24,000 nucleotides of DNA from sequence record ON602749.1; one strand, given 5' to 3'. This DNA is from Klebsiella phage VLCpiP4a. Below the pieces are notes generated by a model that had not been told where the DNA came from, searched no databases, and saw nothing but the letters and a program-made list of their open reading frames with translations. The position numbers were made by a program, and so were the translations under genes. This document shows positions 8,247 to 17,478 of this stretch, in pieces. How positions within the stretch are numbered: position 1 is the first letter of the stretch; each line of letters starts with the position of its first letter.

Positions 8247-10759
8247 GAGTTCAGTCTCTGTTTGATGGTCAGTTTAACGATAGTACGGATAGCTGGGATA
8301 AGCTCAGGATGTTCTTCGATTGCTTTAACTAAATCAGCAGTATTGACATAACCAATTCCTAGCAGACCATCGTTAGTAAACTTAAAGTAGGTACGGAAAA
8401 GTTTACGGTTAACAAACGATACACCTCTTGCCATGTCGTACAGCTCGTTCTTCTCATCTTCCGTAATAACGCAATCATCTAACCACTGGCGAATAGTAGG
8501 GTTTAAGTTACCATTGTCTATGATAGATAAAATCTGTTCGTATTCACTATTAAATTTTAACTTGTCATATCCAGGTACCTTAATACCCAACAAACGCATA
8601 AGCTTAATATCGGAGGAGTAGATATTAAGAGCTGGAATTATCATCTGACGCTCTTTAGTGGCGTACTTGATAAAATCCTTAGTTTTAATTACTTCCAGGA
8701 TTTTAGATTTAGTCCACTCATCAATATGAACAGCACCCAATTTAATGGCTTTGTTCATTTCAATTTTGTTACGACAAACGATGGTAACATCCTTGATATC
8801 TTCCGGGATTAGATGATAAGGGGTGATAGCAGATACTAGCTTCTTCCAGTTGTTAACGCGGTCAGCCATGCAGTAATAAACAGGCTTTTCTACATCTACA
8901 TGTCGTTCACCATAGTGAGGGTGTGCATTATTCCCACTAACATATTTACCTTGTTTCACTGCACGAATACAGATTAGTCGGTTAGGGCGGTGAGAATCCT
9001 TCTTTTTAGCTTGCTCTGGAGTCAAAGCAGCTTGTCTAGCTTTAACCTTACGTTTCTGCTCAGCAATCATACGATTACTTTTAACAACCGGGTCCCAGTC
9101 AAACTTCTCAGCAAGGTTAACTGTATCCCAACCAGCTTTAGTAAACTTTTCAGCAACAGCCTCAGCTTCACCTTTCCTGGTTCCCACCTTAATAGCAATA
9201 CAAATGGCAGTGCTAGGGTCATCCTCCAAGCTAAATACTTTAGCAAAGGGAGGATAGTGGCTAATGCTGTAACCTACATCGTTAGCACGGGTACTAATGA
9301 AAGCCTTTTTGTTTTTCATTAGGTACATTACATCTATACCATGCGAAAAACAGACCCTATTGAAAGACTCCTTATACGCATAATAACCACCGCCAGTTGG
9401 CATAAGTATACGCACATTTTTATGGTGACCCAGTTTAGCTAATTCTTTAAGTAATGGCTTGATACCGTAATCATAGCAGAAGCGATGGAACAGCTTTCTT
9501 CCTGCGTTGTTGTACTTACACAGCTTCAGTATTTTACGGAATTTAGCTCGTAACTTAGGATTACCGCTAAATACATCCATATTACTATGACGGTCTAATT
9601 CCATATTCTGGAATTGTGGTAACCAGTTGTTACGTTGCTTTTCCCACAGGGAAGAGCTCATGTAACCCCTTACCATTTTGTCAGACACGTAGTTATAGAT
9701 ATAATCCATGTACTGACTGATTCTGAAATCATCCGTACTGTCATTCTTAATTCCATCAATGATTTGCTGAATAGCAGCAGGAATACGTGCTTTGATATCA
9801 GCTTCCAGTTTATCTACCAAACCAACTACCAGGTCAGTGATACCATTCTCCGTCATTTGCTGTGATGACAGGGTTTCTCGGCTAGGCGCTACAGCGAGAC
9901 TAGATGGTTTTGCTTGAACCAGGATACGAGGATGACCGATTATGCTCAGGAAGTTGTTAATAAGCCCAATAGCACGCTCTGTAGCAGGTGTTTCCAGTGC
10001 AGGGTATACAACGTTACCGTAACGGATATAAACAGCATGGTTACCCATGTGACGCTGATACCAGCTTTGACTATCTACGTTATATGAACCAGGTTCAAAT
10101 GACATATCTAGTCTTGGTAAAATTCCGTCATATTCTTGTTCTGGTGCATCACAGATGAAGCGACACAGCATACTACCGTTATGGACTACAGAACGAATGT
10201 AGCCAATAATTTCTGCTATGTCTTCTTTACGCAATTGAATACTAACTTCCAGGCCAGATTCTTCTGTAGGTAGCTGCATAATAGGAACCAGTCCAGGGAA
10301 ACCATCCGTCTCTACGGACGAACGAACCATGTTGTAAATTCCCTTGGTTCCATTGTTCATGGTTACTACTTTAAAGGACTCTGCGTAAGCAATAGGGGAC
10401 TTACAGCCCAGACCAAAGCCACCAGTTTCAGCAGTACTTGCACGCTTGGTGGAACCACCCAAAGTGTTGTAGGTGCTATCCATCTTTTCAATTGGGATAC
10501 CATTACCGTAATCACGGAAGGTCAGCATCAAATCACGGTCAATAGTAATCTTGATAGGCGTGTCGGTACGCCCGGAAGCAATATGAGCATCCCATTGGTT
10601 GCAGATAGTCTCACGAATGAAGGCAAGCTTGACGTTCGGATACAAGCTAATAATCATGGTGAGATACAGAGCCGGGTCTTCTGCCATGCTCATACGTTGG
10701 GCCTTGCCTGCACCTAACGTTGCAGATGAGGCCAGTTCTGTAATATCAGCTACTTGCAT
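8243..10759 (-). CDS. rIIA: rIIA-like protein (GHKL ATPase N-terminal domain)
   Basis: 838 aa; TFRDYGNGIPIEKMDSTYNTLGGSTKRASTAETGGFGLGCKSPIAYAESF is a GHKL-type ATP-binding fold signature; adjacent to rIIB-like gene. Confidence 0.87.
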   Translation of the reverse strand: MQVADITELASSATLGAGKAQRMSMAEDPALYLTMIISLYPNVKLAFIRETICNQWDAHIASGRTDTPIKITIDRDLMLTFRDYGNGIPIEKMDSTYNTLGGSTKRASTAETGGFGLGCKSPIAYAESFKVVTMNNGTKGIYNMVRSSVETDGFPGLVPIMQLPTEESGLEVSIQLRKEDIAEIIGYIRSVVHNGSMLCRFICDAPEQEYDGILPRLDMSFEPGSYNVDSQSWYQRHMGNHAVYIRYGNVVYPALETPATERAIGLINNFLSIIGHPRILVQAKPSSLAVAPSRETLSSQQMTENGITDLVVGLVDKLEADIKARIPAAIQQIIDGIKNDSTDDFRISQYMDYIYNYVSDKMVRGYMSSSLWEKQRNNWLPQFQNMELDRHSNMDVFSGNPKLRAKFRKILKLCKYNNAGRKLFHRFCYDYGIKPLLKELAKLGHHKNVRILMPTGGGYYAYKESFNRVCFSHGIDVMYLMKNKKAFISTRANDVGYSISHYPPFAKVFSLEDDPSTAICIAIKVGTRKGEAEAVAEKFTKAGWDTVNLAEKFDWDPVVKSNRMIAEQKRKVKARQAALTPEQAKKKDSHRPNRLICIRAVKQGKYVSGNNAHPHYGERHVDVEKPVYYCMADRVNNWKKLVSAITPYHLIPEDIKDVTIVCRNKIEMNKAIKLGAVHIDEWTKSKILEVIKTKDFIKYATKERQMIIPALNIYSSDIKLMRLLGIKVPGYDKLKFNSEYEQILSIIDNGNLNPTIRQWLDDCVITEDEKNELYDMARGVSFVNRKLFRTYFKFTNDGLLGIGYVNTADLVKAIEEHPELIPAIRTIVKLTIKQRLNS

Positions 10760-10777
10760 TTTACTCTCCAGTAAATG

Positions 10778-10981
10778 TTATTTGGGTTGGTAGTTGTTGG
10801 CTATTAACTCATAAGACCTTTTAATAGAAAGACTTGAGATTTGACCATCACTTGCACTTGCTTTTAATTTCGGGGAGTTCGTTTTAACTATCCAAAGGAC
10901 TTCCCCAAGAAACCAGGCTTTATGCTTAAGCAGTATGTAAAAGCCTTTCTTTTTATGGCGATATAGTTGACCTTTAACCAT
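10778..10981 (-). CDS. Hypothetical protein (67 aa)
   Basis: Short ORF, lysine-rich N terminus, overlaps the upstream gene by 8 nt; position supports coding. Confidence 0.55.
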   Translation of the reverse strand: MVKGQLYRHKKKGFYILLKHKAWFLGEVLWIVKTNSPKLKASASDGQISSLSIKRSYELIANNYQPK

Positions 10982-11291
10982 TCAATTTACCTGCCATTGC
11001 TTGAACTACGAATACAGCCATATCGGAAGCCATATCATCTGTGATTTCATCTAAATCAATATTCACGTATGGGGCTTCATCGTGCCATTCATCCAGCATA
11101 CGTTGTACCTCTGCTAAACCAGCTTGCGTCATAGCCTTAGTTGGTTCTGTCCACAAACGATTGTGCTCAACAATACTCATGCATAATGCAGCGATATTTG
11201 CAGGGCAAGCTGCAATATCTTCTACAGTTGCCACTTCTGACAGGGGAACAAGCTCCCCAGTCTTAGCGTGAACTACGTTAGGGTTAATCAT
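10974..11291 (-). CDS. Hypothetical protein (105 aa, trimmed start)
   Basis: Track start 11342 lies well inside the upstream ORF; ATG at 11291 (MINPNVVHAKTGELVPLSEVATVEDI) is preceded by GGAG and is the more likely start. Confidence 0.68.
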   Translation of the reverse strand: MINPNVVHAKTGELVPLSEVATVEDIAACPANIAALCMSIVEHNRLWTEPTKAMTQAGLAEVQRMLDEWHDEAPYVNIDLDEITDDMASDMAVFVVQAMAGKLNG

Positions 11292-11520
11292 GGATTTCCT
11301 CCAGATTGTGAACAGGTACTGTGAAGAATGGACCGCTACCATCTTCTTCGATGGTTACAGAGGTGTGTATAGTACCAGTAGTAATAGAGTCATCACGAGA
11401 AAGGCCGTAATCGTAACCAATGTATTCATAGACTATATCCCCTTTCTGTTGCTCTTGTCCGGCAGCAGAACCAATGACAGGCTGGTCTTTGATACGGTAC
11501 TTCTTAGGTTTGTATGACAT
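11284..11520 (-). CDS. Hypothetical protein (78 aa)
   Basis: ATG at 11520 with SD GGGAGGACAA upstream; located immediately after a terminator. Confidence 0.68.
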   Translation of the reverse strand: MSYKPKKYRIKDQPVIGSAAGQEQQKGDIVYEYIGYDYGLSRDDSITTGTIHTSVTIEEDGSGPFFTVPVHNLEEIHD

Positions 11521-11549
11521 TTGTCCTCCCGAACAAAAGGATAGAATTC

Positions 11550-11574
11550 AAAAAAAGACCCGCCTAAGCGGGTC
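11550..11574 (-). terminator. Rho-independent terminator
   Basis: GACCCGC-CTAA-GCGGGTC hairpin (11557-11574) followed on the minus strand by T7; sits between ThyX-like stop (11622) and next gene start (11520). Confidence 0.85.
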
Positions 11575-11621
11575 AATAGCGGAGTGTATTGAGTCTATGC
11601 CCAACCAAATAAAGGAATGAA

Positions 11622-12560
11622 TCAGTTAATGCATTCGCCAGGAATCAGCTTACGATACTGAATCCAACCTTTCAGTGGACCAGAGTAAAGATTGCCCTGA
11701 CGGTCCATATGACTTACACCTGTTTCCCAGGTAGTTGGGTTCATATTGTTAACCAGTTTCTCACGATACTCCATTGGAGTAGCCTGGTGCTCAGTAGGAC
11801 TTGCATGAATAGGCTGGTCTTCTACCAACTTGGCATATAGTCCCAGGTCTTCCTCGATGGTTGATGGCTTACCTTCGAAGTTGTTATAAGAGGCCCGTGC
11901 ACAACGTGCAGCACTAATTTTAATCAGTAGCCCATTAACTTCTTCACTACTTGGCTCATCACGAGTAATTCGCTGATATTTGCAATGATTGTAAGCAGCA
12001 ACAGTATCTTGAGCATTGACATAAGGTAAGTGCCATTCTCCTGGTTTTAACTCCATGGTCATAGAGTTGTCATAAGCTTCTTTCATCTTACGGGCCAGTT
12101 CCTGAATCTCAGGCTGTGCATCTGGATGAATACGAAGACCAAAGAAGTTGTTCCACTGAGTAGCAGTCACAACTACCTTGATGTGCATAAACGGTTCAAG
12201 GATACGGTTGACCACCTGCTTATGAACACGCATACGGCGTAGCTCATCAGCGTACAATGCAGCACTAGCAGCAGCACTGTTCCACATGACTTCTGCTACT
12301 ACCTTGTCGTCTTCACTCAGTTCCTTCTCAGCAGACATACCTTTCTGGTTCTCGCCCCAGTGAATAGGGCGTACTGGGTTGCTACGTACCTGTTCAATGA
12401 AACGGGTAGTAGGAATAGCACGACTACTGGAAGCATTACGGTTAAACACACGATGCGTCATGAACTCGCTATGAATAAAGCGAGGGTAGACCAACTCCAT
12501 AGTAGTTAGTCGAACACCTTGCGGAGAGACGCTATCAGCAAGGATAGTGGCTGTAATCAT
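11622..12560 (-). CDS. thyX: ThyX-like flavin-dependent thymidylate synthase
   Basis: THRVFNRNASSSR corresponds to the ThyX RHRxxSxNxxSxR motif (variant). Track start 12641 adds 27 residues; ATG at 12560 (MITATILADS) with SD AAAGGAT is preferred (312 aa). Confidence 0.85.
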   Translation of the reverse strand: MITATILADSVSPQGVRLTTMELVYPRFIHSEFMTHRVFNRNASSSRAIPTTRFIEQVRSNPVRPIHWGENQKGMSAEKELSEDDKVVAEVMWNSAAASAALYADELRRMRVHKQVVNRILEPFMHIKVVVTATQWNNFFGLRIHPDAQPEIQELARKMKEAYDNSMTMELKPGEWHLPYVNAQDTVAAYNHCKYQRITRDEPSSEEVNGLLIKISAARCARASYNNFEGKPSTIEEDLGLYAKLVEDQPIHASPTEHQATPMEYREKLVNNMNPTTWETGVSHMDRQGNLYSGPLKGWIQYRKLIPGECIN

Positions 12561-12640
12561 TGGGGTATCCTTTGTTTGTTGCTTATGAAACAGATTCTGT
12601 TTCTTCTTCTTACGGGGTTTAAAAAATGGGATTCTATTCA

Positions 12641-12952
12641 TCAGTACTTACGTTTTCTATGGTACCAAGGAAACGTATGAGGAGTGCTCTTACTTCTGAA
12701 TATATCCTTAGTACGGGGATTTGCTTTCTGGGCAGCTAAGATAGCATGGTATGCCTTACTACCCTCTGAAGACCAGTAGGTATTGATTAAATCGTCCAAC
12801 TTAACTTCTAAGGGTGAACGGGTATTTATATTAGAGATTTCATCTAGGGAATCAAATATAGCAACTAGAGTACTTTTACCATGGCCTCTAGCAGACCAGA
12901 ACAATTCCATCTTGTTTAGGTCATAAGCAGTTAAGTTTTTTAATAAAGTCAT
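12641..12952 (-). CDS. Hypothetical protein (103 aa, trimmed start)
   Basis: ATG at 12952 (MTLLKNLTAYDLNKMELFWSARGHGKSTLV) with SD GGAG. Track start 12979 lies within a terminator hairpin. Confidence 0.65.
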   Translation of the reverse strand: MTLLKNLTAYDLNKMELFWSARGHGKSTLVAIFDSLDEISNINTRSPLEVKLDDLINTYWSSEGSKAYHAILAAQKANPRTKDIFRSKSTPHTFPWYHRKRKY

Positions 12953-12967
12953 GCAGTTACTCCAAAT

Positions 12968-12990
12968 AAAAAAGCCCACAGTTAAGTGGG
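12968..12990 (-). terminator. Probable rho-independent terminator
   Basis: CCCAC-AGTTAA-GTGGG (12975-12990) with TTTTTT on the minus strand; short 5-bp stem. Confidence 0.6.
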
Positions 12991-13067
12991 ATTGGATAAG
13001 AGACTAAGCAATGAAGGAGTAACCTCCATAATGCAGCCTACAACATTGCGTAGACTGCATAAGGGAC

Positions 13068-13268
13068 TTACTCTGCTGCTTCAGTAGATTTGCTGAGTGC
13101 TTTAGCCACATTCTTACGAACGGAATCGTACCCTACCTCTGTGCGCAGGAGGCCACCGTTAGTGAAGTGAATATCAGCGTTGCCGCTATCATTATTTACT
13201 ACGAATGCAACATTTTGAGCAACTACAGTTACTTTACGACCATCTACTTTGGTAGTGAATACAGACAT
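13068..13268 (-). CDS. Hypothetical protein (66 aa)
   Basis: MSVFTTKVDGRKVTVVAQNVAFVVNNDSGN...; located 3 nt downstream of dCTP deaminase stop. Confidence 0.68.
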   Translation of the reverse strand: MSVFTTKVDGRKVTVVAQNVAFVVNNDSGNADIHFTNGGLLRTEVGYDSVRKNVAKALSKSTEAAE

Positions 13269-13270
13269 GA

Positions 13271-13798
13271 TTATTCCTTATTTGCTGACTTAGCAGCTAC
13301 TGGTTGATTGGCTTGGTTCTGATAACGCCCACGGTAGGTAGCTCTCATAGCAGTTTCATGAAAGATTACCTGAGCAATACCGGAACCAGCCGGGATATGT
13401 AACTTCTTACGGCCGTGATAGACCAGTTCAAGGGTAAGGTACCCTTTCCATCCGGGTTCTATCACAGTATTGAACACTGATAATGCACGTCTTGCCCAGG
13501 TGGATTTGTCATGGACAATCCCAACCAGGTCATTAGACATATCAAACCTTTCTATTGCCGAAGCCAAGGCAAACTTTCCAAAATGGCGTCTTACATAAGA
13601 CCCATCAACGATTTTTACCATTGGTACCAACCCGAATAAACGATAGAAGGTCACATCCTGCTTAATGCGAATGTCATAACCAGCTTCGCCTAAACCAAAG
13701 GTTGTATCAGAACCGGGGTTCACATTTTTACCTGCGTTCATATCTGCTATTGGTTTCCCAATCTCAGTAAAGAGCAGTTTACCTGAATTACGTACCAT
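13271..13798 (-). CDS. dcd: dCTP deaminase (dUTPase/dCTP deaminase superfamily)
   Basis: GIVHDKSTWARRALSVFNTVIEPGWKGYLTLELVYHGRKKLHIPAGSGIAQVIF matches the Dcd family core. Confidence 0.88.
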   Translation of the reverse strand: MVRNSGKLLFTEIGKPIADMNAGKNVNPGSDTTFGLGEAGYDIRIKQDVTFYRLFGLVPMVKIVDGSYVRRHFGKFALASAIERFDMSNDLVGIVHDKSTWARRALSVFNTVIEPGWKGYLTLELVYHGRKKLHIPAGSGIAQVIFHETAMRATYRGRYQNQANQPVAAKSANKE

Positions 13799-13805
13799 AA
13801 ATTCC

Positions 13806-14954
13806 TCAGTTATTGATATGAATCAGCTTACCAAACGGGACAGTAGCCTTCGGATTACGGATACATATCCAGATAATGGGAATATCGAATGGTAGCTCTT
13901 CCATAGGTGCCACTTCCAAGTCAGAGAAGATAATAGCAGCTGTGGGCTTATTCTTAATAATCCACTCGCGTACTTCTCTTAGGTTAGTACCACCCCGACC
14001 AACAATCTTAATTTCAGTGAAGGTATCACCTTCTTTAAGCTCGTCAATCTGTTGGATTACAGTATCAAACTGGATAATCGACATTTTCTCAGGGGCATAC
14101 TTACGCCATACATACGCAAGTTCTGAGTTAAAACGCAAAGAATCCTTGGCTTGTATTGAACCAGATACATCCTGGAAATAAGCCAGGTGCTCTAAACGCC
14201 CATCATCCGTAAAACGGGATGGTAGGTAGATATCCTGGAAACGGCGATTAGGTCTTGCCCAGGTATAATCCTCATCCAGTAGTTCAGTGAAGAACCTCTC
14301 TAACAGAGCTTCCCACTTAACCACTGGCTTAAGAAACTGGGTAATAACCTCTTCTGTACGTCCGGGCATATCACCTGGTTTACTTCCACCAGACAGCTTT
14401 TGCTGGTGCATAGCACGTACTACGTTATTGACGACATTTGCGTTGACAGCAGCCGAAGCGGGCTTAAGCATATCACCGACACCGTTACCTGGTCCGAATG
14501 CCCCACCGCCCTTAGGTTGCTTGTGGGGATTCTTCATCAGGTCATCGTAAATGTCTTCTTCAACCCAACCATCATAGGTTTGGTCAATCCAGGGTTTTGT
14601 ACCATCAAACGAGTAGTTATCTCGTTTATATTCTGGACCAGATAGCATGTTGTTAATGTAGATATCACATGCCTGGTTCCATATTTCAGGGTCACGACTA
14701 CCCAGACGAGGCCCGTGCAGTAATGCTACGTGCCATAGCTCGTGCATAAGCACAGTCTTTCTGGTGTTAACGGGTAGCCCAAGAAACCAATCTGGATTCC
14801 AGAATAGGGTTTCACCGTCAGTAGCAGCAGTTGGGATATTGCTATCCCAACGCATTTTCAAAGTGCAGAGGATAGCCCCAAAGAAAGCAGCAGTACTACC
14901 AATGAAGGCGTTAACCTGTGTTTTGTCGTACTCCCTTTGAAGGTCTTGCGACAT
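13806..14954 (-). CDS. VWA-domain / metallopeptidase-like protein (N4 gp26-like)
   Basis: 382 aa; zinc-type motif HELWHVALLHG, C-terminal MIDAS-like DVSGSI ... GRGGTNLREV; adjacent to MoxR-type ATPase. Confidence 0.85.
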   Translation of the reverse strand: MSQDLQREYDKTQVNAFIGSTAAFFGAILCTLKMRWDSNIPTAATDGETLFWNPDWFLGLPVNTRKTVLMHELWHVALLHGPRLGSRDPEIWNQACDIYINNMLSGPEYKRDNYSFDGTKPWIDQTYDGWVEEDIYDDLMKNPHKQPKGGGAFGPGNGVGDMLKPASAAVNANVVNNVVRAMHQQKLSGGSKPGDMPGRTEEVITQFLKPVVKWEALLERFFTELLDEDYTWARPNRRFQDIYLPSRFTDDGRLEHLAYFQDVSGSIQAKDSLRFNSELAYVWRKYAPEKMSIIQFDTVIQQIDELKEGDTFTEIKIVGRGGTNLREVREWIIKNKPTAAIIFSDLEVAPMEELPFDIPIIWICIRNPKATVPFGKLIHINN

Positions 14955-14964
14955 GGGTCACCTC

Positions 14965-16017
14965 TTAGCTATGAATGTATTTGCCTAACTGAATGGCTGC
15001 ATCACGATATTCCTGAGTATCATCTATTTCAGGCAGTGTCTTGATAACAGTACGGTAAAAGAGAATCTTGAAAGTAACCTCTTTAAAGCGACTGATGTAC
15101 TTAAAGATTTCCACGTAGTTACCTTTATCAATCTGAGTACACAGACTGGTAATGGTAGCCCAGCAAAGGTCTGGCTTAGTAGGCAGCTTCGCTTCCATTG
15201 GGTCTTTCAAGATTTCACTGAGACTTACCATTTCACGGTAAACAGCAGTGAACTGAACGAAAGATGTAGCAACACCGGTAGTAATAGCTCCACCATACAT
15301 TGGTGTATCTTCTGCCGGAATTGGACCTTTGTTACCAGTCTTCAACAGGAAGTTTACAAAGCCCCAGGTACGAGGACAGCAAAACGTTTTGTTCTCGTGG
15401 TTCGGGTCGAAGTCCATCAAATGGCTGCGATTTGCTGACAAGTAAGCAATTAGACGGTCATCCCATTTCTCTGGGATTGCTACGTCTTCCAGCCATTCAT
15501 CGAAGTCAACCATCATCTCTATATGCACCATACGAGATTGCAGAGCTGTGCCGATAGGGTTAACGATGGCACGGTCAGATTGTAAGTTACCTGCACATAC
15601 GATAGCCACATTAGGGTGCAGTTTCTTTTGACCAGTCATACGGTCTAGTACCAGTTTATAGGCAGCAGCCTGTACTGATTTACTAGCTGAAGGGAATTCA
15701 TCCAGCAACAGTAACCAACCGTTGTAGCCTTCAGGAATTTCATCTCCTTCCAGTGGGAACAGGTCAGCAAATGGTGCAAACTCTGCACGACCATCTTCAC
15801 GGAAACGTGGAAGACCAGACAGGTCTTCTGGTGCAGATGTAGACAGACGGTGGTCAATAAGAATAAGACCATAGTCTTCAGCAATCTGTTTAACGATGGA
15901 GGATTTACCCATACCAGGTGAACTGGTGATATACGGGACAACCCCGGAACGAATACAACGTTCCACGATACGGCGTGTTTGACGCGGTGTGGAACGGGCT
16001 AATGATTCAATAGACAT
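14965..16017 (-). CDS. MoxR-type AAA+ ATPase (N4 gp25-like)
   Basis: 350 aa; Walker A SSPGMGKSSIVKQI, LLLLDEFPSASKSVQAAAYKLVLDR, FPLFPED/ ...VAIVCAGNLQSDR sensor-like segment. Confidence 0.88.
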   Translation of the reverse strand: MSIESLARSTPRQTRRIVERCIRSGVVPYITSSPGMGKSSIVKQIAEDYGLILIDHRLSTSAPEDLSGLPRFREDGRAEFAPFADLFPLEGDEIPEGYNGWLLLLDEFPSASKSVQAAAYKLVLDRMTGQKKLHPNVAIVCAGNLQSDRAIVNPIGTALQSRMVHIEMMVDFDEWLEDVAIPEKWDDRLIAYLSANRSHLMDFDPNHENKTFCCPRTWGFVNFLLKTGNKGPIPAEDTPMYGGAITTGVATSFVQFTAVYREMVSLSEILKDPMEAKLPTKPDLCWATITSLCTQIDKGNYVEIFKYISRFKEVTFKILFYRTVIKTLPEIDDTQEYRDAAIQLGKYIHS

Positions 16018-16027
16018 CTAAAACCCC

Positions 16028-16375
16028 TTAACAGGAACAGGTGAAGAAACTGCGTTCTTCTACAGATTCACGTTCAATACCCATGACAATGGCGAATTTA
16101 TCCCAGAAAGTGGAGTCAAGCTGAAAGCCTTCGTACTCTCCACCACGGCAGATATAATCACCCCAACCACCATCTTGATGGCTATTAGCAGCTTCGATGA
16201 GTTCCTCTGCACTTACAGGAGAGGTGTTATAATAGCCACTATCATCGTCATCATCAGTTCGCTCTTCCGGGGAGATATACTTGGCGTATTCCACAATCCA
16301 CTGGTAAGCCAAAGCTCTGGGATTACCCATAATGACCAATGCATCATGGGTGCTATCTGGTGTGTAACGTTCCAT
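16028..16375 (-). CDS. Conserved phage hypothetical protein (115 aa)
   Basis: MERYTPDSTHDALVIMGNPRALAYQW...; acidic stretch TDDDDDSG; 1-nt overlap with upstream ORF. Confidence 0.72.
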   Translation of the reverse strand: MERYTPDSTHDALVIMGNPRALAYQWIVEYAKYISPEERTDDDDDSGYYNTSPVSAEELIEAANSHQDGGWGDYICRGGEYEGFQLDSTFWDKFAIVMGIERESVEERSFFTCSC

Positions 16376-16719
16376 TATTCACCTGCTGGGAAGTCTGGGT
16401 GTTCCCACACATGGCGTAGGGACTGAACCATACGAGGAGCCATGACGAACCAGAAGGAATGGCCGGGTAGTGGCCCTTTTGATAAGAATGGGTCAACAAT
16501 ACCGTGATACGGTACAATTTTACCGTCCCATTCAATACCGGATGCATATGCATGTCCGTCTATAATACCAATACGCTGACCAGGGTATAGACCAGCACTT
16601 GCTGCGATTACTGGTTCAACCGCTAAGTGAATTGCATCACGTTTTTCTGGCTTGAAGTGAATCATACCGAGGGTTTCCAGGGCATCTGTTACTGGAGTAC
16701 GTTTATCTGCGTGACTCAT
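16375..16719 (-). CDS. Hypothetical protein (114 aa)
   Basis: Contiguous coding ORF, MSHADKRTPVTDALETLGMIHFKPEKRDAI...; starts with cat at 16717-16719. Confidence 0.72.
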   Translation of the reverse strand: MSHADKRTPVTDALETLGMIHFKPEKRDAIHLAVEPVIAASAGLYPGQRIGIIDGHAYASGIEWDGKIVPYHGIVDPFLSKGPLPGHSFWFVMAPRMVQSLRHVWEHPDFPAGE

Positions 16720-16744
16720 AATTGCTTCTCCTGTTTCTGTTTAA

Positions 16745-17104
16745 TTAGATAACTTCAGTGGGGCACTTAATAGTTACTACTTTGGTCTTATCACCAAAGA
16801 AACGAATACCGTAATAACCTTTAAATTTTCCACGACCTTTGCTGAATAATTCGGACTCAGTTTGGGAATACAGGTTAATGGTATCTTTTTTACCCGGTAG
16901 CATTGGCTTGGGTGTAGTTACCATGTGTTCCCCATCTGAGAAGTAAGCTTCCCAGTTACTACCATTATCAACAATGGTTACTGGCTCATCGACATAATTG
17001 TTCTTGAGTCCTTCGGTGTTCATGGTACAAATCACTGGTTTAGCTTCTGCAAAGCCAACCAGTGAACCAAGTAAGATTGCTGAAGCAATAGCTAACTTTT
17101 TCAT
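16745..17104 (-). CDS. Secreted/periplasmic protein with Sec signal peptide (119 aa)
   Basis: MKKLAIASAILLGSLVGFAEA|KPVICT: positive n-region, hydrophobic core, AxA cleavage site; two Cys in the mature part. Confidence 0.78.
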   Translation of the reverse strand: MKKLAIASAILLGSLVGFAEAKPVICTMNTEGLKNNYVDEPVTIVDNGSNWEAYFSDGEHMVTTPKPMLPGKKDTINLYSQTESELFSKGRGKFKGYYGIRFFGDKTKVVTIKCPTEVI

Positions 17105-17290
17105 TTATTTACCTTTACTGTTCGTATAACGAATCCAGATGGAATGGATGGTATACATCCAAATCATGGTAGTTGAGCATTTAACAGCAAAATAGATTTG
17201 CTGCATGATGTTCTGAGGTTCACTAAAAACCCAAGACAAGCCAGCAAGTGAAATGACAAGCATTGAAAAGAGTACTAAAAATAATTTCAT
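17105..17290 (-). CDS. Small membrane protein (61 aa)
   Basis: MKLFLVLFSMLVISLAGLSWVF plus second hydrophobic stretch; ATG overlaps upstream TGA (ATGA, 17287-17290). Confidence 0.68.
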   Translation of the reverse strand: MKLFLVLFSMLVISLAGLSWVFSEPQNIMQQIYFAVKCSTTMIWMYTIHSIWIRYTNSKGK

Positions 17291-17478
17291 TGTTTTACCT
17301 TTTCTGGTACAAACTGCATTATGCAGTTTTGGTTACGTGGAATATTAAGCTCACATTCAGCTTTACGAGCATCAACTTTCGCTTTGGAGTTTGGTCCAAC
17401 ATGGGTCATGATTAAACCCATGATTATCACACCAATGACACCTCCAGCCACTAAAGCAAAAAAGCAATCTTCTTTCAT
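17287..17478 (-). CDS. Small membrane protein (63 aa)
   Basis: Hydrophobic FFALVAGGVIGVIIMGLIM; ATGA overlap (17475-17478) with HNH gene stop. Confidence 0.68.
   Translation of the reverse strand: MKEDCFFALVAGGVIGVIIMGLIMTHVGPNSKAKVDARKAECELNIPRNQNCIMQFVPEKVKQ

Noticed and set aside
15645-15941. 98-aa minus-strand ORF
   Set aside because: Alternate frame inside the MoxR-type ATPase gene, whose frame is strongly supported by motifs.
16353-16553. 66-aa minus-strand ORF
   Set aside because: Overlaps the 114-aa ORF in another frame and lacks independent support.
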